A stretch of 64,000 nt of DNA from Entomortierella parvispora E1425 (Eukaryota; Fungi; Mortierellomycota). This document shows, one piece after another, positions 23,209-33,841 of the stretch (position 1 is its first letter; each line of letters opens with the position of its first letter). Position numbers and translations under genes: made by a program. The notes beneath the pieces were generated by a model, which was not told the DNA's origin, searched no databases, and saw only the letters and a program-made list of their open reading frames with translations. The stretch is taken from contig BQFW01000012.1 in assembly GCA_020891255.1 (NCBI GenBank), positions 496,001-560,000 on the forward strand. The letters run 5' to 3'.

Positions 23209-24665
23209 ATGGACGTCCCCGAGGTTCGTCATCGCGTTGGTCTTTTCCTTGCCAAGCATGACCTGGCGGCATGTAGTCGCGTGTCCAAGGAATGGTCCGA
23301 GACATTCACGCCGTTGCTCTTTGAATCTCTCGACATCTGGTCCTATGGCTCCAGATAGAGCGCTAATGCACCCTCCATGACATCTCTCCGGAAGCATGGT
23401 CACCGTATTCGACATCTTGCTTTGAGGAAAAAAGACTCGTACGATATCACAGAGCAGGACCTTCAGCCGACCGAGGATGACTATAGCGACCTGGACTATA
23501 TCCCAACAGGGCTCCGCTGGACAAACGATTTCTTGAGGGATTACCCCAAGATCGAGAGACTGGAACTCCACGAAATTCCGTTCCTTCCGGCACTGACAGT
23601 GCACAACCTGGGACTGAAGGAATTGTCATTGATCCAGACAGCTGTCGGCACTGGCGATATTGCCTACATTTTGAAGCATTGCAAGGAACTGGAGTCTCTC
23701 ACAATCGCCGACAGCATGCTAACAAGAGCCCACGATGGTTGGCCGAAAAATACCCCAAAACTCTTTCCGAATATCAAGGCCTTGGACTTTCGACGAATCA
23801 TAGGCCCCAGCCTGGGCTTTCTGTTGGAATGGGTGGCGCGTTGTCCAGGGCTAGAGGAACTCCGGATCGAGCCAGGATCCATCCATAAAGAGTACACGGA
23901 TACCGACTATACTATTCTCGAACAATGTCCCAAGCTTTCTCGATTGGAGATCCGGAAACTCCAACTGGTGGATGGTGAACTGGCTACCATTTTGGACAAT
24001 TGTTCTCAATTGACACACTTAACACTTCGAGGGGAGCGACTCAATGAAAAAGAATACCGGGCCTTGCGTCGTCATTTCCCGACTCTCCAGGTGTTGAACT
24101 TCTTTGGCACCGTGGAGATGAGAAGTTGGATGTGCGGACACATCGTCTACATGTGTCCCAATCTAGTCGAATTGACCACATCGGATCTGAAGCTGGACGA
24201 GTTTTTGACGTTGACTCCTCCCAAGATCACGCGTGTTCGGGATACTCCAAGCAAGACGCCAGCAAAGAAGAGACTCACGATGGCCGAATCTGCATTGGCT
24301 GAAGTTAGGGTCACCCTTGGGCATGCAAGGGTCTGAGGAAGCTAAAGTTCAAGTCTCTTGAGTGGTCTGATGACGAGCAAGTCGACATCAGGTTTTTGAC
24401 CAAGTATGTGCCAGTATTCAGGCAACTGGAGGAGTTTGTAATAGGAGGTTTTGACGACCAATATGGAGAACCAGGAAACACGAATTTGCTGGAAATCCGC
24501 CAACGTTATGCTCAGCCAGAAAAACCTTTGGACCCGGGGCCGTTGCAGAAGGGTGTCTTTGATAGGGATAGGCTGATAAAACTCAACAATATGCGATGGA
24601 TGACCAAGAAGTGGCCCAGACTGAAGCTCTTCAAACTGGTGGACACACAGCTCTATAATTGTTGA
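23209..24665 (+). pseudogene. F-box-like/LRR copy 2, disabled in this sequence (nonsense codon plus 1-nt frameshift)
   Basis: Collinear close paralog of copy 1. TAG at 23356-23358 stands where copy 1 has TGG. One G is missing at ~24307-24310 (gttagggtcac vs gtgaggggtcac). The corrected frame ends at TGA 24663-24665. Confidence 0.75.
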
Positions 24666-24986
24666 AAAATAATAAAACTCAACGCAAGCAGTTTGACTGA
24701 ATGTTCGCCTGTATGCACCTTGTCAAGCCTGTCGCTTGCCATGATCACCTGTGGCTTTTCAGCTTTGTTTCTCTGTGGCCATTATTGTGCTTTGCCTTCC
24801 CTTTGTCCCTTTTGCCCTGCTTTGTTCGAGTCCCCAGTTTCCCTTTTTGCTCCTCTCCTCTCCTGTTTTTCGCAATTGCCCCTGACATCGACCAATCCAT
24901 GAATTGAGCGTTGTACCACCCCAACTCACACTCTGTGCTTCCTGAAGAACAACCCACTTTTACCAACAGATCCAACAAAAAAAAAC

Positions 24987-26411
24987 ATGGACCTTGTGGA
25001 GATCCAGCTTCATGTTGGCAAGTTCCTCAGTGCTTCCAGTCTCGCTGCCTGTGTCCAAGTCTCTCAGACCTGGCACGCGATCTTCCTCCCTTTGCTCTAC
25101 AGCGTCATCAGTTTCCAGAACGAAAAGACCGACATTCCTCATGACCCAGCTCTGCCCACAAAAGCCCACATCCAACGCCACGGCCATCATATCCGTGATC
25201 TTCTCCTACGACTGCCCAGTCGCTACACACAGGAACTCTTGTCTACCTCCAAAAGTCTCAAGAAACTTCGCATCGTGCAACGCCGAGAACGTCGTCATGA
25301 ATCCGACTCGGAGGTGATGCAGCTCGTCCACAACAACCCGAGGATTCAAAAACTCGAGCTGGTGGCCTTTCGAGGCTCAGAACTGTGTTGTAAAGTGGCT
25401 CAAGACGTCCAGATCTGTTCCCGATTGACAGAACTTCGATTTTTTCGCATGGTAGAAATGGATGTGTTGGTAGTGGCGCAGCTCCTCCAGAGTTGTGAGC
25501 AACTGACCACCTTTGGTCTCTCTCACTGCAAACTCTCCTTTGTCGGGGGGACCGATAGGGTTCTGTGGCCAAAGCTGCTGTCGCCCCTGAAGACGCTCGA
25601 GTTGACAGAATGCAATGGTGCGGGGTTGGCTTTGTTCTTTGATTGGATGATCCACAGCCACAGCGGTGTGTTTGAACGACTCTCCCGACTGGTGATCTGC
25701 AAACTGGGTTTGGAGGATGGGGTCTTGACCACGCTGTTGGGTCGATGCTCTACAGACCTGGCAGTTTTGATCCTCAAATACGAGACGTTCTCATGGACTG
25801 AATTCGTAACGCTAAGGCGTCTCAGTGGAACTTTGAAGATCCTGCATCTCTCTTTGGATTGCAAGATCTGGCTCTACCAACAAATCTTTTGCTCTTTTAC
25901 GGGACTTGTCGAAATTTGGCGATCAATCTTATTTGTGGACTCTGTCTGCGCAAGCGAACCAGAGCATCCATTGCCGAACAGTGGCACCAGGACGGTTGCA
26001 GGACCTATGGAAAAAGAGGAAGATGAACTAGGGATGATTCAAGAGCCGTGGGCGTGCATTGGGGTGAGAAGGCTGACCCTACATATACGATGGTCCCTGA
26101 GCGACCTCCGCAACAGCGAGATGGTGAATCGACTGACCAAGCTCAAGGGCTTGGAGGAAATGGAGCTGACCGCCAACTATTCTCAGAGCGATCGCAAACG
26201 CTGGGAAGACAACAAGGGAGTGTACGAAAAGCAAAAGTTCTTGGCTTGTGGATCCCCCCAGACCAGAGATCTTCGAAGAAGCTCATGGAAGACAGGCACA
26301 TTCAAACGGTCTGACATGGCTTATTACCCGGCGCTAAAGTGGATGGTGGAGACATGGCCGAGACTCAAGGTGTTCAAGTACACGGATGTTGACGCGGCAG
26401 AGTCAAAATAA
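24987..26411 (+). CDS. F-box-like/LRR protein, copy 3 (divergent), 474 aa, intronless
   Basis: LVEIQLHVGKFLSASSLAACVQVSQTWHAIFLPLLY F-box-like start, LRRs, PWACIGVRRL and WMVETWPRLK. Confidence 0.8.
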   Translation: MDLVEIQLHVGKFLSASSLAACVQVSQTWHAIFLPLLYSVISFQNEKTDIPHDPALPTKAHIQRHGHHIRDLLLRLPSRYTQELLSTSKSLKKLRIVQRRERRHESDSEVMQLVHNNPRIQKLELVAFRGSELCCKVAQDVQICSRLTELRFFRMVEMDVLVVAQLLQSCEQLTTFGLSHCKLSFVGGTDRVLWPKLLSPLKTLELTECNGAGLALFFDWMIHSHSGVFERLSRLVICKLGLEDGVLTTLLGRCSTDLAVLILKYETFSWTEFVTLRRLSGTLKILHLSLDCKIWLYQQIFCSFTGLVEIWRSILFVDSVCASEPEHPLPNSGTRTVAGPMEKEEDELGMIQEPWACIGVRRLTLHIRWSLSDLRNSEMVNRLTKLKGLEEMELTANYSQSDRKRWEDNKGVYEKQKFLACGSPQTRDLRRSSWKTGTFKRSDMAYYPALKWMVETWPRLKVFKYTDVDAAESK

Positions 26412-26749
26412 AAGAAAACACAACGACTTGGGGACTTGGATGTTCCAAGACGCTCCTCATCCCCCCGCTCCCCCTTTCTTTTTTTTTCTTTTTTTTTTTT
26501 TTTTTTTTGCCAAACACGCATGACAAACACAGGAGGACCTGCAGAATGAAAAGTTCCCGAGGTTTGAATCTCTGTGGGCAAAATACTTGATCTTTTGTCC
26601 ATTGTATCTGTGGCAGCTCACATAGAATAAATTCTCAGAGACCTTTCTGGCGGCAAGGAGCAATGGGTTTATTTTATAAAGCTGAAGCTCTTAGATAGTT
26701 TTGAAAATGAATGATAGAAAAAGAGTCGTAGTAAGACAATAGCGATACA

Positions 26750-27660
26750 TACAGGAGAGCTCAATTTCCGGGAGTGGCTGTCGGGGCGGGTATCTCATCT
26801 CGCATTTTGGACCAGAGCCACACGAGCCATTCAAAAATGAATCGCGCGTCATCCTTCCACACGGTGCTGCTGTAGTTTATCGTCCAACCGAGTTCAGACA
26901 TCCTGTATGATACCGCGTCGTCTTCATGCATTGTGCATTGGATGACTGGTCACTGCACTGGCTTGCATCGGTAACGATTCCATTCGACCTCATCGCAACC
27001 GGCAATGCTTGTTTTCCCTCAACATGACTGTGCCCGCGCTTGCGTTTATTATTGCCTCATTAGCGCCAGCGAGGTCCAGCGCATGTGTCATTGACTCCAC
27101 GTCATCGATAAGCTGAACTAGCATCTTCCTCTCAGGGTCTGAGGTCAAAGCTTTTTAGCATCCAATTGCTGTGGTAAAAGGCAATCACGTCTAGTATGGT
27201 GCCTGACATCAAGTTGATTTTGGTCCTGTCGTTGTCCGTCTTTGCGCGGGGTACCAGAGCCTCCTGGATGTCCGAGTTCATAACATCGTGGTACTGTGCC
27301 ACATTTTCGAGCTTTCGCGACGGAGTTATTGACTCTAGGATATCAATAAACCCCTCTCCTCCAATGATCGGCTGAATCTTTAGTGTGGCGCGTATAGCAG
27401 CGTCCTCCTGATTTTCACAATGCAAAGAACGCCGCTGTTGTCTCTATCAATATAGGTCGTAGCGAGAGCCATATGTTCCCGAGAATCTCCGCCTATGATG
27501 ATCTTGGGATAGTTGGTCAAGTCCTATTTCAAAAGCGCGGCGTTTGGCAGCACCTTCGTTTCCGAGGCAAAGTTACATTGAATACCTGACTTCGTCCCAC
27601 AAGAGTCTAATTAATGATGTGGCTTGGTTATCTTGGCTACCCTTTCATAGAAAGGCAAAT
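26750..27660 (-). pseudogene. Possible decayed gene relic of unknown family
   Basis: Protein-like open segments in shifting frames: LTNYPKIIIGGDSREH..., the 97-codon ORF 27425-27132, ERKMLVQLIDDVESM... and ELGWTINYSSTVWKDDARFIFEWLVWLW.... They are broken by stops and frame changes, and no homology is recognised. Confidence 0.25.
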
Positions 27661-27696
27661 TGATGCGTCGGTGATGTGAACTTGACTTCGATGCGC

Positions 27697-27727
<31 letters not shown>

Positions 27728-28120
27728 CACCATCGATATTGCAGGATGGAGTGGTCCCATGTTTTCCTTGACTGAAAAGTCTAAAAAAGGGCCATTGCAG
27801 CCTTCAATGGCTTTGGATATAACGCGCAAGAAAAAAGAGAAAAAAATTATGAAAAGGGCGAGTTTTAGCTATGAATATCCCGTCCAATACAGGACATAGA
27901 GACCTCTAACTCCTTTCAACGATAGCAATTGGTGCCCTCAACAGGATTATTGCTCGAAAAGCATTATTGAACAAACACCATCGCCATAGAAATTCAGAGG
28001 GGTGTGGCAGACAGTGAGAACAAAAAAATCTGACAATTTTTTTTTTTTTTTTTTTTTGTTGAAATCAGTTTTCTAGCCGAAAGTCGCCTCTTCACCACAT
28101 TTTACATGCGATTTGTGCGT

Positions 28121-29623
28121 TCAAAACAATAGAAAAGAGCGGTCCATCTTTGGGGGTTTGTGAAGATACCTATAGTTCCTCAACTTGGGCCATGTCGACG
28201 TTAATCTCTGAATGCTCTGTATCTGCTTCAAATCAAGCTCCCCGAGCACTAATGGCCCAGGGTCCACTCTCCTTCGTGCTCCAACACTGACGAACTCTGA
28301 ACGACGAGCAATGGCATCCTTTGACTCCGAAGGATCATCCAAGCCTCCGATCAAAAACTCTTCCAGTTGTTCAAGCTGCGCCAGTCGATTGAAGAACGCA
28401 TCATTTTGTGCCGTAGTTGACCACTTGATGGACGCGGCCTTCAGCGTTGTCAAGCCCTTGCAAGCCCAGGGACCATTTGTTACTGCCACGGAAGATTCTG
28501 CCATGGTGAGTCTCTTCTTTCTGTCTGGAGCACCAGTCGTAATGACCTCAGCGGGAACAATCGAATCAACCTCCATTTCTGGCAAACCAAACTCGACCAA
28601 GTTAGGGCACAGGGCAAGAATGGGCCCACACATCCAACTTTTCATGCCAAATGCATCAAAGAGGTTCAGCACCCTGAGTGTCGGGAAATGGCGTTTTCTC
28701 AAAGCCTTGTACACCTCTTGGTTGAACCCTACTCCCCGGAGCGTGAGGTGCGTCAGCTCGGGACAAAAATTCAAAATAGTTGCTAGCTCGTCTCCAGCCG
28801 TTTCAAGGTTCCGTATCTCTAATCGGGCAAGCTTGGGGCATTTCCTGAGAACGGAAAATCCGTCCACGGAATGGTATCGATTGAGCCTTTCCTCGATCCT
28901 GAGTTCTTCCAAGGCTGGACAACGCTCCACCCAAAACAGAGTCAAGTCAGCATGAGTAAAGAACCGCTGAAGATCCAAGAACTTGATGTTGGGAAAGAGT
29001 TTGGGCATCTTGAGCTTCTGTCCGTATTCTTCTCCAGAATGTTGACCGTCGGTGATCGTTACGGCCTCCACTTTCTTGCAATGGGTGGTCAGGAGAATGG
29101 CAATCTCTTTGATATTGAACGTCGACTCGATCAAGGACAGATCCCTCAATTCTGGGCATCTTTTCACCAGCTCTGCTACCAAAGAGGGATGTCGACGGAA
29201 GCCTCGGAGCACGAGTCGCTGGAGGTTTGGGCAATCCGCCAAGAAATCCCTCAGCCACGTGTATTTAACAGGATATATCCTCTGGTCGTTATTGTCGTCG
29301 CCATTCAAACCGTGGAAGAGGCCCCATTCCTCGTCTTCATCTCGTATTTCTTTTACGTGCACCGTCAGCTGTCGGATACGGCGACAGTTGCTGTGGACGG
29401 ACGTCATTGAGGGTGCATTGGTTTCCCACAGGCCTTCATCCTGCTCTCCTCCAACTTCTGTGTATGTAGACCTGAGGTCCACGGAGGTATAGAGCAACGG
29501 CGTGAAAGTCTCGCTCCAGTCCTTGGAGACACGGCTACATACCGCTTGGTCATGTCGGTCAAGGAGAAGACCAACACGATAGCGAATCTCGGGGATGTCC
29601 AGAGGTCGGTTTTGAAAGGGCAT
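28121..29623 (-). CDS. F-box-like/LRR protein, copy 4 (inverted), 500 aa, intronless
   Basis: PLDIPEIRYRVGLLLDRHDQAVCSRVSKDWSETFTPLLY, LRRs, KKRLTMAES shared with copies 1 and 2, PWACKGLTTL and TWPKLR. Confidence 0.85.
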   Translation of the reverse strand: MPFQNRPLDIPEIRYRVGLLLDRHDQAVCSRVSKDWSETFTPLLYTSVDLRSTYTEVGGEQDEGLWETNAPSMTSVHSNCRRIRQLTVHVKEIRDEDEEWGLFHGLNGDDNNDQRIYPVKYTWLRDFLADCPNLQRLVLRGFRRHPSLVAELVKRCPELRDLSLIESTFNIKEIAILLTTHCKKVEAVTITDGQHSGEEYGQKLKMPKLFPNIKFLDLQRFFTHADLTLFWVERCPALEELRIEERLNRYHSVDGFSVLRKCPKLARLEIRNLETAGDELATILNFCPELTHLTLRGVGFNQEVYKALRKRHFPTLRVLNLFDAFGMKSWMCGPILALCPNLVEFGLPEMEVDSIVPAEVITTGAPDRKKRLTMAESSVAVTNGPWACKGLTTLKAASIKWSTTAQNDAFFNRLAQLEQLEEFLIGGLDDPSESKDAIARRSEFVSVGARRRVDPGPLVLGELDLKQIQSIQRLTSTWPKLRNYRYLHKPPKMDRSFLLF

Positions 29624-29893
29624 GAGGGCGATAAACCGAGGGATGGGGCGAAGAGATTAGGAATTCAGATGGGATTCTTTTCTACAAGTCTCTTGTGCGA
29701 CCATTGGGCCGCAACCTTGTCAAGGTGAAATGCTAGACCTCACCTTTGTAAAGCAAACCTTTGCTGTTTCGACGCGTTTGAAGAGATGTTCATTCTTTTT
29801 TTTGGTTCTTACTCGCTTGCACCATTCCTTCACCCTCCTTTCCTTTTTTACTCTCCTCTTCCACCTTCCGACTCCCTTCTTTTGTATCTTGAA

Positions 29894-32503
29894 ATGTCCG
29901 TGCCTACAAAGGATGCGGACATGGTTACGAAAGCAACCATGTCCGAACCCCCTTCCTCTCTGTCCCTCTTCTTCCTGCCTCGAGACTTGATCTCTACCTT
30001 GGTCCCAGAGAGCCAGACAGAGGCTTCGCTCCTAGATGCTTCCTCTTCCTCTTCCTCTGCTCCTCTAATCCCCCACACAACTGCAAGACCGGATTCGATA
30101 GACTCATCAGGGCGTGGAACTCCCACCTCCGTCGATTCTGCCATTCCGTCCTGCCGCATCTGTGGCATTGCTCAATTCGACAGCGTGGAAAAGCAACGTG
30201 AGCATGTCAAGCTCGACTGGCACCGATACAATCTCAAGCAACAGCTTCTGGACAAACGAGCGGGTCCCATCTCGGAGCAGCAGTTTGAAAGCATTCTTCA
30301 AGATCTGTCCAGCATCTCGGGCTCTGATCAGGACGACGATGACGATGATTCCAACAATGATTCCGACGCTGGATCAAAGTCAAGAACGCCCACAAAGAAA
30401 GTTGCTGCGGCAAAGCACCAGGGCTCTGGAGGCGGGGACGATCAAGAGGCGCTGATTCGCTCATTGATGAAAAAGCTAGAGCTGACTGTGCGCGAGAATC
30501 AGCAAGCGAGGAATCAGGATCCTTTGCTTCTTCATCAGCAGCAGGTGCTCGAGGAACAACTGCAAGAGGCAAGAATGTCACCCATGCTCTGGTTCACCAG
30601 CACACAGTACCCGGACACCGTTCGCCTGGGCGTTTACAAGAATGCACTGCCCAACAAAGGCCAGACAGAGGATATTCTCCAGTACTTGCAGTCGTTGCAG
30701 ATCGCTGTTGCGCCGACCAAGAAGAGCAAAAATAGACGCGCTAAACGAGAGGCAGCCCTTGCTGCTGCAGAGGCCGCCACCTCTGATGGCAATGCACTCG
30801 TCGCCGCAGATGCCTCGAAGGTGGATGCAGAGGCGCAAGATGACGACGAGGATGACGAAGAGGATGAAGTGGATACAGAGCGGGACTGGATCCGATACCA
30901 GATGCAAGCCAAGCAAAAGCCGGATGCGGGTCTTGCACCTGCCACAAATAAGCCTCGCTACTGGACTCTGATCATGATCGGTGGTGGTCACTTTGCGGGT
31001 GTAGTGATGGACCTTGCAGGTCAAGTCTCCTCACACGGCCGCGATATGAAGGTTGTTGCCCACAAAACCTTCCATAGATACACAGGTAATTCATTCGATT
31101 ACCTCTTTTCTTTTTCTGGAGGCGATGTCACTGATGACTAACAATGTTTGTAACTACCAGTTCGTAAAAAGCAGGGAGGTTCGCAGGCTGCCCATGGAGT
31201 TGCCAACTCTGCAGGAGCGCGTATTCGAATGTACAACGAGGAGGCATTGAAAACCGAAGTTCGTGAACTTTTGGACAGCTGGAGTCAATGGATCCAACAA
31301 AGTGAATGTGTTTTTGTGCACTCCCCTGGAGGAAACAATCGCCGCGTGCTTTTCTATGACAGCTCTGTCCTCTCTGCTGCGGAGCGCCAGGGTCGTTTGA
31401 GATCCATCCCATTCATGACGCGCAGACCCACGCTCTCAGAATTGAAGCGGGCCTACCAAGAGCTGTCCAGTGTAAAGATTTCAGTCCTGACGCGTCATGC
31501 ATTGGAGCAAATGGAGCAGGCGGAGCAACAGGCTTTGGAAAAGGCCATTGAGGCGTCCCACGCCAAATCGCTCAAAGACCAGGATGCCTCGGAGAAGAAG
31601 TCTGGAAAGAAGGAAAATGCTGTCCCTAGTGCGCCGGCAGAAGTGCTGAAGCTCGTCGAGTTGGTGAAAAAGGGTCGAACGGAAGCTCTGGCAGCCCATC
31701 TCACAAAGCATGCCTTGGATCCTAGCCAGCTATTGCCCATCACGACCAGCTCAGAGTATGATGCCCGACGGACACCCACCATTCTTCACCTTGCTGCCCA
31801 TCATGGCCAGCCTCAGGTTGTCAAATTGCTTCTAGAGAAGTTCCGTGCCGATCCAACTACAACCACCGTGTCAGCAGTTCAGCAGTCTGAATCTCAGGAA
31901 TCATCAACGTCGTCCTTTGGAACAAGCTCCATGACAGCTTATGATGTAGCCAAGGACAAGGAGACAAGAAACGCATTCAGACGAGCTATGGCGCTCATGC
32001 CAGACACTTGGGATTGGGTCGGACTTGCCCACGTACCCTCAGCTTTGACGCCAGAGATGGAGGCAGAACAAGAGCGCAAAGCCAAAGAAAAGACCCGAAA
32101 ACTATTGGATGCCGAACGCGAACGTAAAAAGACGAGGGAGGCCAACCGTCCTACCACCCCTGTACAGAACCAAAGACCTGGATCCTCGTCAGCATCACCT
32201 AACGCGTCCTCTTCAGGCACATTTGCCCCTCAGAGCATCGTTGGTAAGAACTTGGCATCTGCATCGGCCTCGAACTCTCATCTGACACCAGAACTTCGGA
32301 TGCGTCTGGAACGCGAACGACGTGCTGCTGCAGCTGAAGCTCGCATGGCAGCCATGCGTCAGACCGAGACTGTGCGGCGCGCGGTGCAAGAGGGCAAGAA
32401 CGTCTGTGTTGCCTGTGGCAAGAGTCTTGACGGGCTGACACCCTTTGACAAGTTTGGCAGAAAGTTTTGCAGAACAGACTGTGTTGCCAAAGGTCCAGCA
32501 TGA
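29894..32503 (+). CDS. VMS1: Vms1/ANKZF1 tRNA-releasing ribosome quality control factor, 844 aa, 2 exons
   Basis: Exons 29894-31085 and 31161-32503 (2535 nt). C2H2 finger CRICG...HVKLDWHRYNLK, VLRF1 motif GGGHFAG...KTFHRYTVRKKQGGSQ...ANSAG, ankyrin TILHLAAHHG, and C-terminal treble-clef CVACG...FC..DC. Confidence 0.92.
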
Positions 32504-33841
32504 GAGAAGATCTGAATAAAAAATAAAGTCCATCTTTCACCCTCTTTTTGCTTCTTCCCAGATGATCTGGTGGTTTATTTTCGCGCCCTGGCTCCCCATG
32601 ATGATCACATACGCCTTCAGCGGTGTTTTCTACCCATGCACACGTAATATTCTGATCAAGAATGAGGGGTCAGTGGCCAGGTACATTGGATTGTTCTCCC
32701 TCCTTTGCCCTTGTGTTTTTACCCCCCACTTTCCCACAAGAAGGAGGCAGTGGCACGGCACCTCCGCGCGGGAATCAAAAGACAAGGGATAAATTGCTCT
32801 GCGCTGTTGAAGTTCATTCATTTTTAGAGTCGGTGCTCCGTTGTGCAAGGGGACGGAGAAGGAACGAGAGAGGACACACAGATGGACAGACAGACACGAA
32901 AAGAGGTCGAAAAAGGAGTGTCACCAAAGAGGAGTCTCTCCCTCTTTAAAGTAGCTTGACTGACACGGCTCTCGTTTTCAACACACCGGGGTCAACCCTC
33001 GAATAGACCACAAGATGGCGCAAAGGGGATGCCGACTCCGAAGGATCCCCAAAGGCAATGTGGGCAACACAAGAGAACAAGAAGAAAACAGAAACACATC
33101 CTCCCCTCTCGTTCTCTCTCTCCCTCGTACAATCCCACCCCCTCACTCCCCTCCCTTTCTTTTTTTTGCGTTCACGACCTTGGAATTGTCCGTTGAACTG
33201 TTATGTGGATCGTTGGTTCTCCATTCGCTGGTAGCTAAAGAGCCAAAAATGGGCAGCAACCACAGCCAGGCTTATCCGAGTACGGTGGTTTTGGTGTCTC
33301 GTCATCATGGTCGCGATGGGACTCTGGGGTGTGTTACCACGAAAAACTCAACATTCCGCTCCTCTTTCCTAGTCCCCACCCTTTGTTGCTGTCGTTTGTC
33401 CACGGTCGCTGCTTGTTGCGATCGCTCCTGTTCCTGTTTCTTCCTTCCCATGCTTTGTTCCCTTTCCTGTTCTTTCTTCCCTCGACGACGACAATCTCTC
33501 CCACTTGCCACTGTCATCCATCTACTTAATCCACTGTACACTAGACACTAGACCATCACTGGCAACACCACTGTTCTTTGACCTCTCCTCCACTTAATCC
33601 ACCTACGCCCCATCTTTCAGGTTCGTGACACTCCTTCCACCCATTGCGCACCAGCACACACACATACACTTACTAGCACATACACTTTGACGCTCATGCC
33701 TCCACAGCCCGACGATCCCAAACCTTTTACCTGTCAACATGAATGACCACAGAGCCATTATCCTTACACTGATACTCACTCTCTGCAGCTCCGCCCCGCC
33801 TTGTTCCCTCACTTTTGCATCTACAGACTTTTCCACTCACC

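Noticed and set aside
33015-33551. 178-aa Cys-rich ORF upstream of the Axl2-like gene
   Set aside because: The cysteines derive from a pyrimidine-rich leader or UTR; there is no domain pattern.
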